Positions 44,870-54,472 of a stretch of DNA of 64,000 nt are shown here, piece after piece (the stretch's first letter is position 1; each line of letters starts with the position of its first letter). Position numbers and translations under genes: made by a program. Source of the stretch: an uncultured Chitinophaga sp. (GTDB lineage Bacteria > Bacteroidota > Bacteroidia > 2-12-FULL-35-15); the NCBI GenBank assembly GCA_964456225.1, contig CAYWAV010000001.1, positions 100,179 to 164,178 of the forward strand, given 5' to 3'. The notes beneath the pieces were generated by a model. The model was given only the letters and a program-made list of their open reading frames with translations, searched no databases and was not told where the DNA came from.

Positions 44870-47800
44870 CTATTTTACGATGGTAACTGTACCGGTATAT
44901 TTGTGGCGTTTTCCAAGATTATCTTTTACATCAATTGTGTAAACATAAACATCTTGTTGGGCAATATCTGCTTTGCCCTGCACTTTACCATCCCAGCCTT
45001 CGTTTACAGCAGTGGATCTGAAAATCATGTTCCCCCAACGGTCGTAAATACGCATTGTGAATTCTTCAATGTTTTGTCCTTTAGGAGCAAAAACAGGATT
45101 TAATCCATCGCCATTAGGTGTAAATCCGTTAGGGATATAGAATGTATATTCAGGCTCAATTACTAAGCAGTTTGTAGTGATATTGCTACATCCTCCTGGG
45201 CTTTGAACTGTTAATGTAACGCAATATGTTCCGGTATCACCATATGTGTGTGATGGATTAGTTTGACTGCTGCTGTTTGGCTCATATAAGTTTCCTGGAT
45301 CACCAAAATCCCAAGACCAAGTAGTGCCATCTACCGAAAGATCTGTAAAGTTGATAGTAGGATTTTCTGTTGTTGTTGGCTGTGGACCAAATACAAACTG
45401 AGCAACCGGTTGAGGATAAATTGTAATCATGTTATTGATTGTGCTTGTAGTAGTACAACCACCATTTGATGTAACTGTTAAAGTAATGTCAAAAATACCA
45501 TCATTGTAACAAACAGGAGTTGGTGATTGTAAAGCAGATGTTGTTCCGTTTCCGAAATTCCAATTCCATGCTGTTACAGTTCCCCCTGCTACTGTTGATG
45601 CATCTGTGAATGTTACACAAGTTGGCTCACAACCCGTTATTACATTCGGAGTAAAGGACACAACAGGTAAAGGCAATACGGTAACAGTAACTGTTCCGGT
45701 TGCTGGTAAAGTTGTACAAGCATCTGTAATAGTAATTGTATAGGTTGTTGTTGTTGCCGGAGAAACAGAGAAAGTGCTAGCTGCTCCTGAACCAGGCATC
45801 CAGCTATAAATGTATGAACCGTCTCCACCTGATGCTACTGCTGATAAAGTTGTGCTAGCACCCGGACAAATTGAAACGTTTGCTGAAGGAAAAACTGCTA
45901 ATGCGGGGTTTACAGTAACGGTTACTGTTTGTGGACTTTGTGAAACACAGCCCGCGGTATCTGTTGCAATAACAGTGTAAGTTGTAGTTACAGTTGGCGA
46001 AACAGTATTATTAGCACCTGTAAAAGCAGGAGCCATCCAGTCAAAAGTATATCCTCCTAATGGATGTCCGCCTGTAGCAGATGCCATTAACGTAGTACTT
46101 TGACCAACACAAATAGTTACCGCTGGAATAGTATTTATTAGAATAACATTGGGTTGAGTAATAGTTGCACTTGCAGTAATAGTACATCCGTTTGCATCAG
46201 TAATTGTACAGGTATATGAACCAGGACACAATCCTGTTGCTGCTGGTGTAATTTGTCCTCCCGGCATCCATAAGTAAGCATAAGGAGCAATACCTAAACT
46301 AGCAGTTACAGTGGCTGTTCCATCACATAAACCATTACATGTTACTTGCGTAGAAGCAATAGTTATATTTACTCCTGGAGTATTAGGTACAGTTAAACAA
46401 ATGCTGTCGAAACAACCATTTAAGTCTGTAACGGTTACACAATATAATCCCGGGATTAAGTTGGTAGCAGTTGCAGTCGTTTGTCCGCCTGGCGACCATA
46501 AATAAGCATATCCTCCTGATCCGCCTGCAGCAACTACTGTTGCAGAGCCATCGGGTTGGTTGCAATTTGATGTTGTTGTTGAACCTGCCAAAACAATTTG
46601 AGTAGGCTGAGTTACAGTAATAGTATTCGATGCAGTACATCCGAATAAGTCGGTTACAGTAACGGTGTATGTTGATGCACAAAGACTATTGATCACAGTT
46701 GCAGCTGAGCCTGTTGACCAGCTATAAGAATATCCTCCGAAACTTCCCGAAGCACTAACACTCCCTGTTCCGTTACAAGCAGCAAAACAAATTGCAGGAG
46801 TAACGTTTACGGTCACTGCTAAAGGTGAACCAACAGTAATTGTAACAGCATCTGTTCCTGTACATCCTAATGCATCAGCAACGGTTACAGTATAAGTTGT
46901 TGTTGCAGCAGGCGTAACGGTTGGTGTTGCACTTGTTGAGAATCCCGGTGTTCCTGGAGCATCCCATGTATAAGTGTAACCAGCACCTGTTGGCGAAGCG
47001 CCTAAAATATAAGAAGAACCAGAACAAATACTATCGTCAACCCCAGCATTTGCTGTAAGACTTGGAGCAACTGTTACTGTAACAGTAGTCATCGGACCGG
47101 TACATCCTAAAGCAGTTGTTTGAACATAATAATTTGTAGTTGCTGCTATTGGAGGTGTATTATAAGTTGCGCCAGATCCCAATAACGTTCCTGCTGCTGG
47201 TGCATCATACCATTGGTAGGTTGCTCCTGATCCACTTGCTGTAAGTGTTGCAGACATTCCAAAACAGATATTTTGGTTAGCAGCTGTTGGTGCTACCGGA
47301 GTTGGATTAACTGTGATGTTGATTGTTCCTGGTAAACTTGTACATCCGGCTGCTGATGTTGCAGTAACAGAATATATCCCAGAAGCTCCTGTAGTAGCAG
47401 AAACAATAGATGGGTTTTGTAAAGTTGAAGTGTATCCTCCCGGACCAGTCCAGCTCCATGTAGGACCGGTTGAAGTCGTAGATAAGTTCAATGTTGTTCC
47501 CGAACAGATAGGTGTTGTTCCTGCAGCTACTGGAGTAGCAGGGACGGGATTAATAGTGACTGTTGTTGTTGCCGGTGCGCCTGTACATCCTGCTAAAGTA
47601 GGAGTTACAGTGTATACCCCGGAATTACCCACTGCAGAAACAGGTATAGTTGGATTAGCAAGTGTTGATGTGAATCCTCCCGGTCCTGTCCAGGCATAAG
47701 TTGCTCCCGGTATAGCTGGTAATGTTGTTAAGTTCAATGGGGCTCCGGCACATATTGGTCCGTTGTTGCCAGCTGTAATTGCAGGCACAACAGTTTGAAG

Positions 47801-48727
47801 AACAACCACAGTGTCAGTACTTGCAAGTGCTGCGCCACAACCAGACGTTCCAGTGATGGCTGCATAATAAGATGTACTTGGTTGTCCTGCTGGAGGAGTA
47901 ACTGTGATTGGAGAACCTGTTCCAACCAATGTGTTAGAAGGTAAAACATACCAGTTAATTGTGTAGGTAGCTACGCCATTTGGAGTGTATCTCTGCGCTT
48001 CATTTGTTGTTGTCCACGCAGTACTATTTCTTCCCGCAACCACAAAAGCAACAGTGCCTGCAGCATTGTGAAGCCCCTGAACGGCTGTTCCTCCTGCCCA
48101 TGCCATACAATTTGGTTTGGTTGCAATGTGATTTTCAACAATGTTTGTTGATTCGTATAATACAATCTGAAAACGTCCCAATGTAGTAGTACATGAAAAC
48201 ATTGGACAGTTGTTCCAATTAACAACTAATCTTCTGTTTGGTGCAACTCCTAATGTTTGATAATTGATGTAAGGACCTCCCGCAACTCCCGGATGCCAGT
48301 CTTGCCAAGGCCCCATTACACAATTTTTAGGAACAGTAGCTAATGTAGAAGGAATTGGTGCTGAAGTATAAGTTGTAGACTGCGGACTGAATGCAACCCA
48401 GCCGTTTGAACCAATGTAGAATTGAGTATAACTTGTTCCAAAGAAACAAAATGTAAATCCTATAGGCAATGCTCCGCTTTGAGAGTCATCTGTAAGAGTA
48501 ACATTTGTTCCACCTGTATACGGATTGGGTGCGTAGGGAATAGCACTTACTGCATAACTTGTGGTTGGTAAACTGCCCGGTCCGCCAGGAGTTACAACAG
48601 CAGTTAAATTTGCACTTCCGCCAGAACAGATAGTTTGTGTTTCAGGAGATGCATCTACAATTTGAGAGAACGATGCGCTAGAAATGGCCGAAAGTGCTGT
48701 GAGTGATAATAGTTTGAAGTAGTTCAT
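44870..48727 (-). CDS. Large secreted multi-domain adhesin-like protein with T9SS type-B C-terminal sorting domain
   Basis: 1285 aa. Signal peptide, tandem ~80-aa Ig-like modules (..ICxG..L.L......Y.WTGPGG(F/Y)TSTL.NP.I...), three SprB-type repeats (C.G.C(N/D)GT..V.A.GG...Y.Y.W), two PKD-like domains, and a CTD (YIPNGFTPNGDGLNPVF...RIYDRWGNMIF...GWDGK). Confidence 0.85.
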   Translation of the reverse strand: MNYFKLLSLTALSAISSASFSQIVDASPETQTICSGGSANLTAVVTPGGPGSLPTTSYAVSAIPYAPNPYTGGTNVTLTDDSQSGALPIGFTFCFFGTSYTQFYIGSNGWVAFSPQSTTYTSAPIPSTLATVPKNCVMGPWQDWHPGVAGGPYINYQTLGVAPNRRLVVNWNNCPMFSCTTTLGRFQIVLYESTNIVENHIATKPNCMAWAGGTAVQGLHNAAGTVAFVVAGRNSTAWTTTNEAQRYTPNGVATYTINWYVLPSNTLVGTGSPITVTPPAGQPSTSYYAAITGTSGCGAALASTDTVVVLQTVVPAITAGNNGPICAGAPLNLTTLPAIPGATYAWTGPGGFTSTLANPTIPVSAVGNSGVYTVTPTLAGCTGAPATTTVTINPVPATPVAAGTTPICSGTTLNLSTTSTGPTWSWTGPGGYTSTLQNPSIVSATTGASGIYSVTATSAAGCTSLPGTINITVNPTPVAPTAANQNICFGMSATLTASGSGATYQWYDAPAAGTLLGSGATYNTPPIAATTNYYVQTTALGCTGPMTTVTVTVAPSLTANAGVDDSICSGSSYILGASPTGAGYTYTWDAPGTPGFSTSATPTVTPAATTTYTVTVADALGCTGTDAVTITVGSPLAVTVNVTPAICFAACNGTGSVSASGSFGGYSYSWSTGSAATVINSLCASTYTVTVTDLFGCTASNTITVTQPTQIVLAGSTTTSNCNQPDGSATVVAAGGSGGYAYLWSPGGQTTATATNLIPGLYCVTVTDLNGCFDSICLTVPNTPGVNITIASTQVTCNGLCDGTATVTASLGIAPYAYLWMPGGQITPAATGLCPGSYTCTITDANGCTITASATITQPNVILINTIPAVTICVGQSTTLMASATGGHPLGGYTFDWMAPAFTGANNTVSPTVTTTYTVIATDTAGCVSQSPQTVTVTVNPALAVFPSANVSICPGASTTLSAVASGGDGSYIYSWMPGSGAASTFSVSPATTTTYTITITDACTTLPATGTVTVTVLPLPVVSFTPNVITGCEPTCVTFTDASTVAGGTVTAWNWNFGNGTTSALQSPTPVCYNDGIFDITLTVTSNGGCTTTSTINNMITIYPQPVAQFVFGPQPTTTENPTINFTDLSVDGTTWSWDFGDPGNLYEPNSSSQTNPSHTYGDTGTYCVTLTVQSPGGCSNITTNCLVIEPEYTFYIPNGFTPNGDGLNPVFAPKGQNIEEFTMRIYDRWGNMIFRSTAVNEGWDGKVQGKADIAQQDVYVYTIDVKDNLGKRHKYTGTVTIVK

Positions 48728-48902
48728 TTTTTTTGGTTTAAGAAAATAAGAGTGTTTCCTAAAAATTGATGTTGTTATATGTTATATAGATACAAAACCT
48801 AGATAAAAGGTTGCATCTTTATCTGATTTTGTTAAAAATACGGGAATTTTGTTGAAAACAAGTCCAGTATTGGATTAACGGACAATTACGACAGGTAAAA
48901 GC

Positions 48903-49673
48903 TTAAATTTTTGCGATTAGATTTGACTTGATCCAGCCGACATTTCCATTAGCAATTTTTATTTCTATCCAATCATTTTGTTCTTCCGTTATAATCACCT
49001 TTGTTCCTTCATGCAAGATAAACAGTTTTGTTCCTTTTTCGTTTGGTGAACCTGTTATGGTGGCTGTACTAGAAATTACAATTGCATCCGAACTGTTTTT
49101 TGTAAACTCATATTTGTTCTGAGCTATGAAAAATGTAAAAATGGTTGCTGTTAAAAATACAACTCCTGCAAAGAAGCCCAGTTTTTTTAAGGTGTTGTTT
49201 TGAGAAACAACGTATAAACCTATCAAGAATAATGAAATAGCTAATAGGAGAATACATAAAATTGACCAAGTCTTTTCATCAAAAACATCAACTATTCCGT
49301 TTTTCCATTCCGATAAAAAGAGCTGAGGTGCAGCATCAATTTTATCTTCTGCTTTTTGATTTGCTAGTTTTAAGTTTGTTGTTAAATCGTCATCATTCGG
49401 ATTTATTTTTTTTGCTCTTTCATAATTTAAAATCGCTAAACCAATAGTATTCGTTTTGTAATAAGCATTTCCGAGGTTGAAATACAACTCAAAAGAAATA
49501 GTATTGTTAGCAACTAGACTTTCATATTGCTCAATTGCTTTTTCAAAATTACCTTTCGAATAAGATGCATTGGCGCTGTCAAATGCAAAATCACCTTCAC
49601 TTGCAAAAGATGATTTGCAAATAAAAAGCATAAGGAATACACCAAGCACAATTTTTACTCTATGTAATTTCAT
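48903..49673 (-). CDS. batE: BatE-like protein (TPR + TM + C-terminal SH3-like domain)
   Basis: 256 aa, last gene of the Bat cluster. TPR repeats and the C-terminal NDWIEIKIANGNVGWIKSNLI. Confidence 0.75.
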   Translation of the reverse strand: MKLHRVKIVLGVFLMLFICKSSFASEGDFAFDSANASYSKGNFEKAIEQYESLVANNTISFELYFNLGNAYYKTNTIGLAILNYERAKKINPNDDDLTTNLKLANQKAEDKIDAAPQLFLSEWKNGIVDVFDEKTWSILCILLLAISLFLIGLYVVSQNNTLKKLGFFAGVVFLTATIFTFFIAQNKYEFTKNSSDAIVISSTATITGSPNEKGTKLFILHEGTKVIITEEQNDWIEIKIANGNVGWIKSNLIAKI

Positions 49674-51465
49674 CTTCTATTTTTGTAATAAGTTCAACGG
49701 TGTTGTTGTAAATGCCATTTAAATCGCCCGACACTGAACTAGGCGCATATCTTGCAAATTCGCAATTATCAAGTGTTGTCATTAATTTTTCGATTGTTGC
49801 CTCAGAAACCGCTCTGTTTTTTAATGTGCCGGAAATATGTTCTTTATTTAAATCCGCAAGAGGAATGTTTAGTTTGTCGCTAATGTATCCGTAAAGCGCT
49901 TTAAATATTTCGATGTAAAATAATTCTTTGTTGCTCGATTTTAAATGCTGCTCGGCAATGGATAATCGTTTTCTTGCCATCTTGGTAGCTTTTCTGCTTT
50001 TTACTGCCACTCCGTCTTTGTTATTTGCTATACTTTTTCTTCTGATAATTAAAAACGAAATAAAACAAAGTAGAGGTGAAAGGAGTAAAGAATAAAAAAG
50101 TGCTGAATTAAAAAAGTATTGTTCTTTTTCTTTTAATTCGGTAGCCGTTTTAATATAACGGATGTCATTTCCTAATACTTTAAGTTCTTCTTTTGCATTT
50201 GTTCCTCCAACAACTGTTGCTGAGGTGCCAGTTCCTTTGTCGACATGCAATTTAAAATTAGGAGAAGGTAGAGTAACGTATACTTTTTTATTCGGATCAA
50301 AATAGCTAAAATTTAAAGCTTCAATTGTGTAATCACCTTCGTGACGAGGAATAAAAAGATAATCAAATGTTTTTGTTCCGTTTATCCCACCTCTTGTTAC
50401 AGAAATGTTTTCACTTATTTTTGCATCGTAGGTTTCAAAATCTTCAGGCAAGTTTACTTTTGGAGGTTCTACTAATTTAATATTGCCATTTCCCGAAAGT
50501 GTAAGTGTAATGTTAACGGCATCATCTGCTTTTACACTTTCTTTCGACATTGCTGCTTTGTATGTAAAATTCCCAACAGCTCCTGAAAAGCCTGCAGGTT
50601 TACCTTCTTCGGGCAATGCTTGTGCCTCAATTGAAATAGGTAAACTTTTTAATGGTAAAACTACTTCTTCATAACCAACGCCCATCATTTGCTCAAAAAT
50701 ATCTCTTGGTTTGCGTTTTGATTTTTGACGAACAATACATTCTACTTCAAATGGTTCAATGGTTAATGTTCCTGTATGTTGAGGGATGACATAAGTTTTA
50801 TAGATTTCACCAACTACATAAGTAATTCCATTGATCGTTTCATTTGTTTGTTTTGTTTGTTCATTTGTTTTGATATTCTGAACAAAAAAACCATCGTATG
50901 CAGGCATTTTTGAAATGTTTCGCATCTGCATTTCTAAGCGAGTGTATACTTTAAATGTAACTTCTATCACTTCTCCAACATAAGCTTTTGATTTACTTAC
51001 ATTGGTTCTTACAAAAACATTGTCTCCTATATCAGAACTGGTTGGCTTGGTTACAATTTGTCCGCCTGAATTATTGTTTTGAGTTCCCGCATTGTTGGCT
51101 CCTTTTGCTACGTCAATAGAAACAGGATTTGATTGAATTGTTTTGCCATTAGAAATTACAGTAGCTGCTCCAATAGTTAATTTACCTTCTTTTTTTGCCG
51201 ATACTACATACGTTAAGGAAGAAGATTGAGTAATCGTTCCATTGTTAACAGAGGTGCTGGATGATTGATAAGGCCCTTCAAGGATGTCGAGTTCCGACAT
51301 AGGAGGTAGTTTAAAATTCTTTCCCGGACCACTCAAAGAAAACTGTAATTGAAATGCTTCGCCCAAAGCAACTTTGGTAGTGCTAACCGAAGTTGTTAAT
51401 GTTTGAGCCAACAAACAATTTGTTAGAACGAACAATGTAAATACTATGTAAACTATTATTTTCAA
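49660..51465 (-). CDS. batD: BatD-like oxygen-tolerance protein
   Basis: 601 aa with a signal peptide, repeated beta-rich BatD domains, a late TM helix and a cytoplasmic tail. Overlaps batE by 14 nt. TTG start. Confidence 0.75.
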   Translation of the reverse strand: MKIIVYIVFTLFVLTNCLLAQTLTTSVSTTKVALGEAFQLQFSLSGPGKNFKLPPMSELDILEGPYQSSSTSVNNGTITQSSSLTYVVSAKKEGKLTIGAATVISNGKTIQSNPVSIDVAKGANNAGTQNNNSGGQIVTKPTSSDIGDNVFVRTNVSKSKAYVGEVIEVTFKVYTRLEMQMRNISKMPAYDGFFVQNIKTNEQTKQTNETINGITYVVGEIYKTYVIPQHTGTLTIEPFEVECIVRQKSKRKPRDIFEQMMGVGYEEVVLPLKSLPISIEAQALPEEGKPAGFSGAVGNFTYKAAMSKESVKADDAVNITLTLSGNGNIKLVEPPKVNLPEDFETYDAKISENISVTRGGINGTKTFDYLFIPRHEGDYTIEALNFSYFDPNKKVYVTLPSPNFKLHVDKGTGTSATVVGGTNAKEELKVLGNDIRYIKTATELKEKEQYFFNSALFYSLLLSPLLCFISFLIIRRKSIANNKDGVAVKSRKATKMARKRLSIAEQHLKSSNKELFYIEIFKALYGYISDKLNIPLADLNKEHISGTLKNRAVSEATIEKLMTTLDNCEFARYAPSSVSGDLNGIYNNTVELITKIEDEIT

Positions 51466-51529
51466 AGGGAATTAAATTCTATTTCTTTATTTTTTTGTCT
51501 ATTTTTTCATTTGTCGACTGTCTGCTTTT

Positions 51530-52282
51530 TTACCAATCTTTCTCAATTTCTGCTTTTGTTCCTTTTGCTTTTATTTTCTTCATTTTGTCTTGAAGATTTT
51601 TTTCGTCATTCTGCAAAGCATCTAATAAACGTTGTGCATCCTCTTTCGAAATTTTATTTTTTTGCTCTTCGGGTTTATCGTTTTTCTCTTTTTCTTCCTT
51701 TTCTTTCTTTTCTTTTTCTTTTTCCTCTTTCTCTTTTTCCTTTTTATCCTTTTTTTCCTCTTTCTTTTCTTTCTCTTTTTTTTCTTCTTCCTTTTTTTGC
51801 TGCTCTTGCTGTTGCTTTAAATATTGTTGTGCATAAGCTAAGTTGTAGCGTGTGTCAGCATCATTCGGATTGTTTTTTAAAGCATTTTTATAAGCATCCA
51901 CACTTTCCTGATACTTTTTTGATTTTAATAAGGAATTTCCTAAATTATGAAAGGCCTTCGCTAGCGTATCTTTTGAAGTGGCGTGATGAGTTAATAATTG
52001 GAATTGGTTAGCCGCTTCTTCATATTTCCCTTGTTTATAATAAGCATCACCTAAGTTAAATGATCCTTTGTATGAATCTTTATTTTTTCCTAATGCTTTG
52101 TTGTATTCCTTCTCAGCAGTTGTATAATCTGATTTTTTATAAGCTTCGTTTCCATCTTTGATGTGTTTTTTTTCTGATTGAGCATAATTCGAAAATGGAA
52201 ATGAAAGGCACAGCACAAGCAAAAATATGCTTGTATTATAAAAGTTTAAGATTGTAGTTGAACTATTGCTTCTCATTTCCAA
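51530..52282 (-). CDS. batC: BatC-like TPR protein with K/E-rich tail
   Basis: 250 aa. TPR repeats, then the QQQEQQKKEEEKKEKEKKEEKKDKKEKEKEEKEKEKKEKEEKEK tract. Overlaps batB by 20 nt. Confidence 0.75.
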   Translation of the reverse strand: MEMRSNSSTTILNFYNTSIFLLVLCLSFPFSNYAQSEKKHIKDGNEAYKKSDYTTAEKEYNKALGKNKDSYKGSFNLGDAYYKQGKYEEAANQFQLLTHHATSKDTLAKAFHNLGNSLLKSKKYQESVDAYKNALKNNPNDADTRYNLAYAQQYLKQQQEQQKKEEEKKEKEKKEEKKDKKEKEKEEKEKEKKEKEEKEKNDKPEEQKNKISKEDAQRLLDALQNDEKNLQDKMKKIKAKGTKAEIEKDW

Positions 52283-53303
52283 ATAAGTTCAAGCGTTGAT
52301 AAAGTTTACTTTTGCGCTCCGTTAGAAGCGTTTCAATTAATAATAGTAAAAATGCTCCCGTAATAAACCACTGGAAACGGTCTTCATAATCGCTATACAT
52401 TTTGCTTTCAAATTGTTTTTTTTCTAATTTATCAATCGCATCTAAAATATTATTCAAGCCAGCATCCGAATTGGTTGCTCTAACGTAAATTCCATTTCCT
52501 GCAACTGACAATTCTTGCAACATTTGTTCATTCAATTTTGTTACAATTGTATTTCCATCTTTGTCTTTTTTAAATCCTTCTCTTACATTTCCTTTGTAAA
52601 CTGGAATTGGAGCGCCTTCTGCGGAACCCATCCCGATAGTATGAATAGTAATGCCTTTTTCTACCGCTGATTCAGCAGCGTTGAGAGCATTCTGATCATG
52701 GTTTTCTCCATCTGTAATAATCACTATTGCTTTGTTTTTACCTTCGTCCTTTCCAAACGAAGTCATGGCCATATCAATTGCTTTTCCAATATCTGTTCCT
52801 TGTGTTGGAATCAAATCAGTACTTATGCTTTCTAAAAACAATTTCGCTGCTGAGTAATCGGTTGTGATGGGCAGTTGAACATAAGCTTCACCACCAAAAA
52901 CAATAATCCCAATTCTATCGCCTTCCAGTTTATCGATTAATTTTGAAAGTGCTTGTTTTGATTTCTCTAAACGGTTTGGTGATAAATCTTCGGCCTTCAT
53001 GCTATTGGAAACATCCAAACAAATCATTAAGTCGGCACCTTTTCGTTTTACCTCTTCCAACTTACTTCCTACTTGTGGATTGATTAATCCAATGATTAAT
53101 AAGGTAAATGCAAATAGATACAATACACTTTTCCATATTCGTTTTGTTTTTGAAACATCAGGAAATAACTGTTGAATAATGTTTATGTCTCCAAAGGTTT
53201 TCAATGCTCTCTTCCTCCATCTGCTCACAAGCCAAAGGGTAACAAGCAGAACAGGAATGATTCCGAATGCAAAAATGAAATATGTATTTTCTAATTGAAA
53301 CAT
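52263..53303 (-). CDS. batB: BatB-like VWA domain membrane protein
   Basis: Start moved to MFQLENTYFIF (ATG at 53303). MIDAS motif DVSNSM and a C-terminal TM helix. The track extension is encoded by a palindromic repeat. Confidence 0.8.
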   Translation of the reverse strand: MFQLENTYFIFAFGIIPVLLVTLWLVSRWRKRALKTFGDINIIQQLFPDVSKTKRIWKSVLYLFAFTLLIIGLINPQVGSKLEEVKRKGADLMICLDVSNSMKAEDLSPNRLEKSKQALSKLIDKLEGDRIGIIVFGGEAYVQLPITTDYSAAKLFLESISTDLIPTQGTDIGKAIDMAMTSFGKDEGKNKAIVIITDGENHDQNALNAAESAVEKGITIHTIGMGSAEGAPIPVYKGNVREGFKKDKDGNTIVTKLNEQMLQELSVAGNGIYVRATNSDAGLNNILDAIDKLEKKQFESKMYSDYEDRFQWFITGAFLLLLIETLLTERKSKLYQRLNLFGNEKQ

Positions 53304-53322
53304 TTTTATATTTTTCACCTTT

Positions 53323-53345
53323 AGCCCCTTCTCCATATGGAGAGA
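53323..53345. repeat. REP-B-like palindrome (TCTCCATATGGAGA core)
   Basis: Perfect 14-bp palindrome at 53329-53342 in the batA/batB spacer. Related to ccctctcc-gaa-ggagaggg in uvrA. Confidence 0.7.
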
Positions 53346-53361
53346 GAATTTAAGGGAAGGT

Positions 53362-54372
53362 TTATGGTATGCTTTTAAATAATGTATTTTTTAATAAAAA
53401 TTCTATCAATAATAAAATAGCTGCAGTAATTGCAAATGGCAAAAAATGCTCGGATTTATTCGTGAAGTTTTTTTCTTCGAAAATTGTTTTTTCCAAACGA
53501 TCAATTTCTTTGTAAACCTCCTTTAATTTTTCATTGTCCGTTGCCCTGAAATATTTTGCACCCGTCATGTCAGATATTTCTGTCATTGTTTTCTCATCAA
53601 TTACCACTTCTGCCCATTCGTAAGCATAGCTTCCATCAGGATAGATTCCTGCAAACGACAATGCTTTTCCCATTGACCCTAATCCAATGGTATACACTCG
53701 TATGCCAAATGCTTTAGCGATTTCTGCTGCCGTTAAAGGAGCTACAGAGCCTTGATTGTTTACGCCATCTGTTAGAAGAATAATTATTTTACTTTTTGCT
53801 TTACTGTCTTTTATTCTACTTACAGAGGTTGCTAAACCATTTCCTATGGCTGTTCCATCAGCCAACATTCCTAATTTTATTCCTGAGAACAAATTTTTAA
53901 TAACATCATGGTCGGAGGTAAGCGGACATTGTGTAAAGCTTTCTCCACTAAATATTACCAGTGCTATTCTGTCATTTGGGCGACTGTCGATAAATTTAGT
54001 TGCTAATTCTTTAGCTGCATCCAAACGATTTGGTTTAAAATCTTTTGCAAGCATACTTGAAGAAATATCAAGGGCTAACACAATGTCAATTCCTTCTGTT
54101 TTAACATCCTTATAACTTGAACGGGATTGTGGACGCATCAAAACAAGAATCAAACAAGACAATACAGCAAGTCGGATTACAATAATGATGTGTCGTAAGT
54201 ACTGCTTATAAGATGCATTTATTTTATCAAAACCACCTAATGAAGATGTTTTTAATTCCGCATTCAATGTTCTGCTTTTAAAAATATACCAAATGATAAT
54301 CACAGGAATTACCAGGAATAACCAGCGTAATTCTTTGTTTGCAAATGTGATATCATTAAAAAAGTCAAACAT
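53362..54372 (-). CDS. batA: BatA-like VWA domain membrane protein
   Basis: 336 aa. N-terminal TM helices, MIDAS motif DISSSM and a C-terminal TM helix. Confidence 0.8.
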   Translation of the reverse strand: MFDFFNDITFANKELRWLFLVIPVIIIWYIFKSRTLNAELKTSSLGGFDKINASYKQYLRHIIIVIRLAVLSCLILVLMRPQSRSSYKDVKTEGIDIVLALDISSSMLAKDFKPNRLDAAKELATKFIDSRPNDRIALVIFSGESFTQCPLTSDHDVIKNLFSGIKLGMLADGTAIGNGLATSVSRIKDSKAKSKIIILLTDGVNNQGSVAPLTAAEIAKAFGIRVYTIGLGSMGKALSFAGIYPDGSYAYEWAEVVIDEKTMTEISDMTGAKYFRATDNEKLKEVYKEIDRLEKTIFEEKNFTNKSEHFLPFAITAAILLLIEFLLKNTLFKSIP

Positions 54373-54407
54373 GTTTTATATTTTACTATCTTGATTCGTG
54401 CTCTTAA

Positions 54408-54465
54408 CTCCCTTGTTCTCGCCCTTCAACTCAGCTCTGGGTGACAAATCGAACTGAAGGGTATT
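54408..54465. repeat. REP-A variant (inverted) in a Bat operon junction
   Basis: ctcccttgttctcg + cccttcaactcagctctgggtgaca. The reverse complement, tgtcacccagagctgagttgaaggg, parallels tgtcaccctgagcgcagccgaaggg at 55554. Confidence 0.75.
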
Positions 54466-54472
54466 TAATTGT

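Noticed and set aside
45640-48225. Many 60-130-aa ORFs on both strands inside the adhesin gene (e.g. 47313..47699, 46383..46682)
   Set aside because: These are alternative-frame and antisense ORFs kept open by the GC-richer, repeat-rich Thr/Gly/Ala codon composition of the 1285-aa gene.
51511-52011. 166-aa and 62-aa plus-strand ORFs rich in F/L/S
   Set aside because: These are antisense shadows of the K/E-rich (AAG/GAA-repeat) tract of batC. The low-complexity mirror sequence stays open by composition alone.
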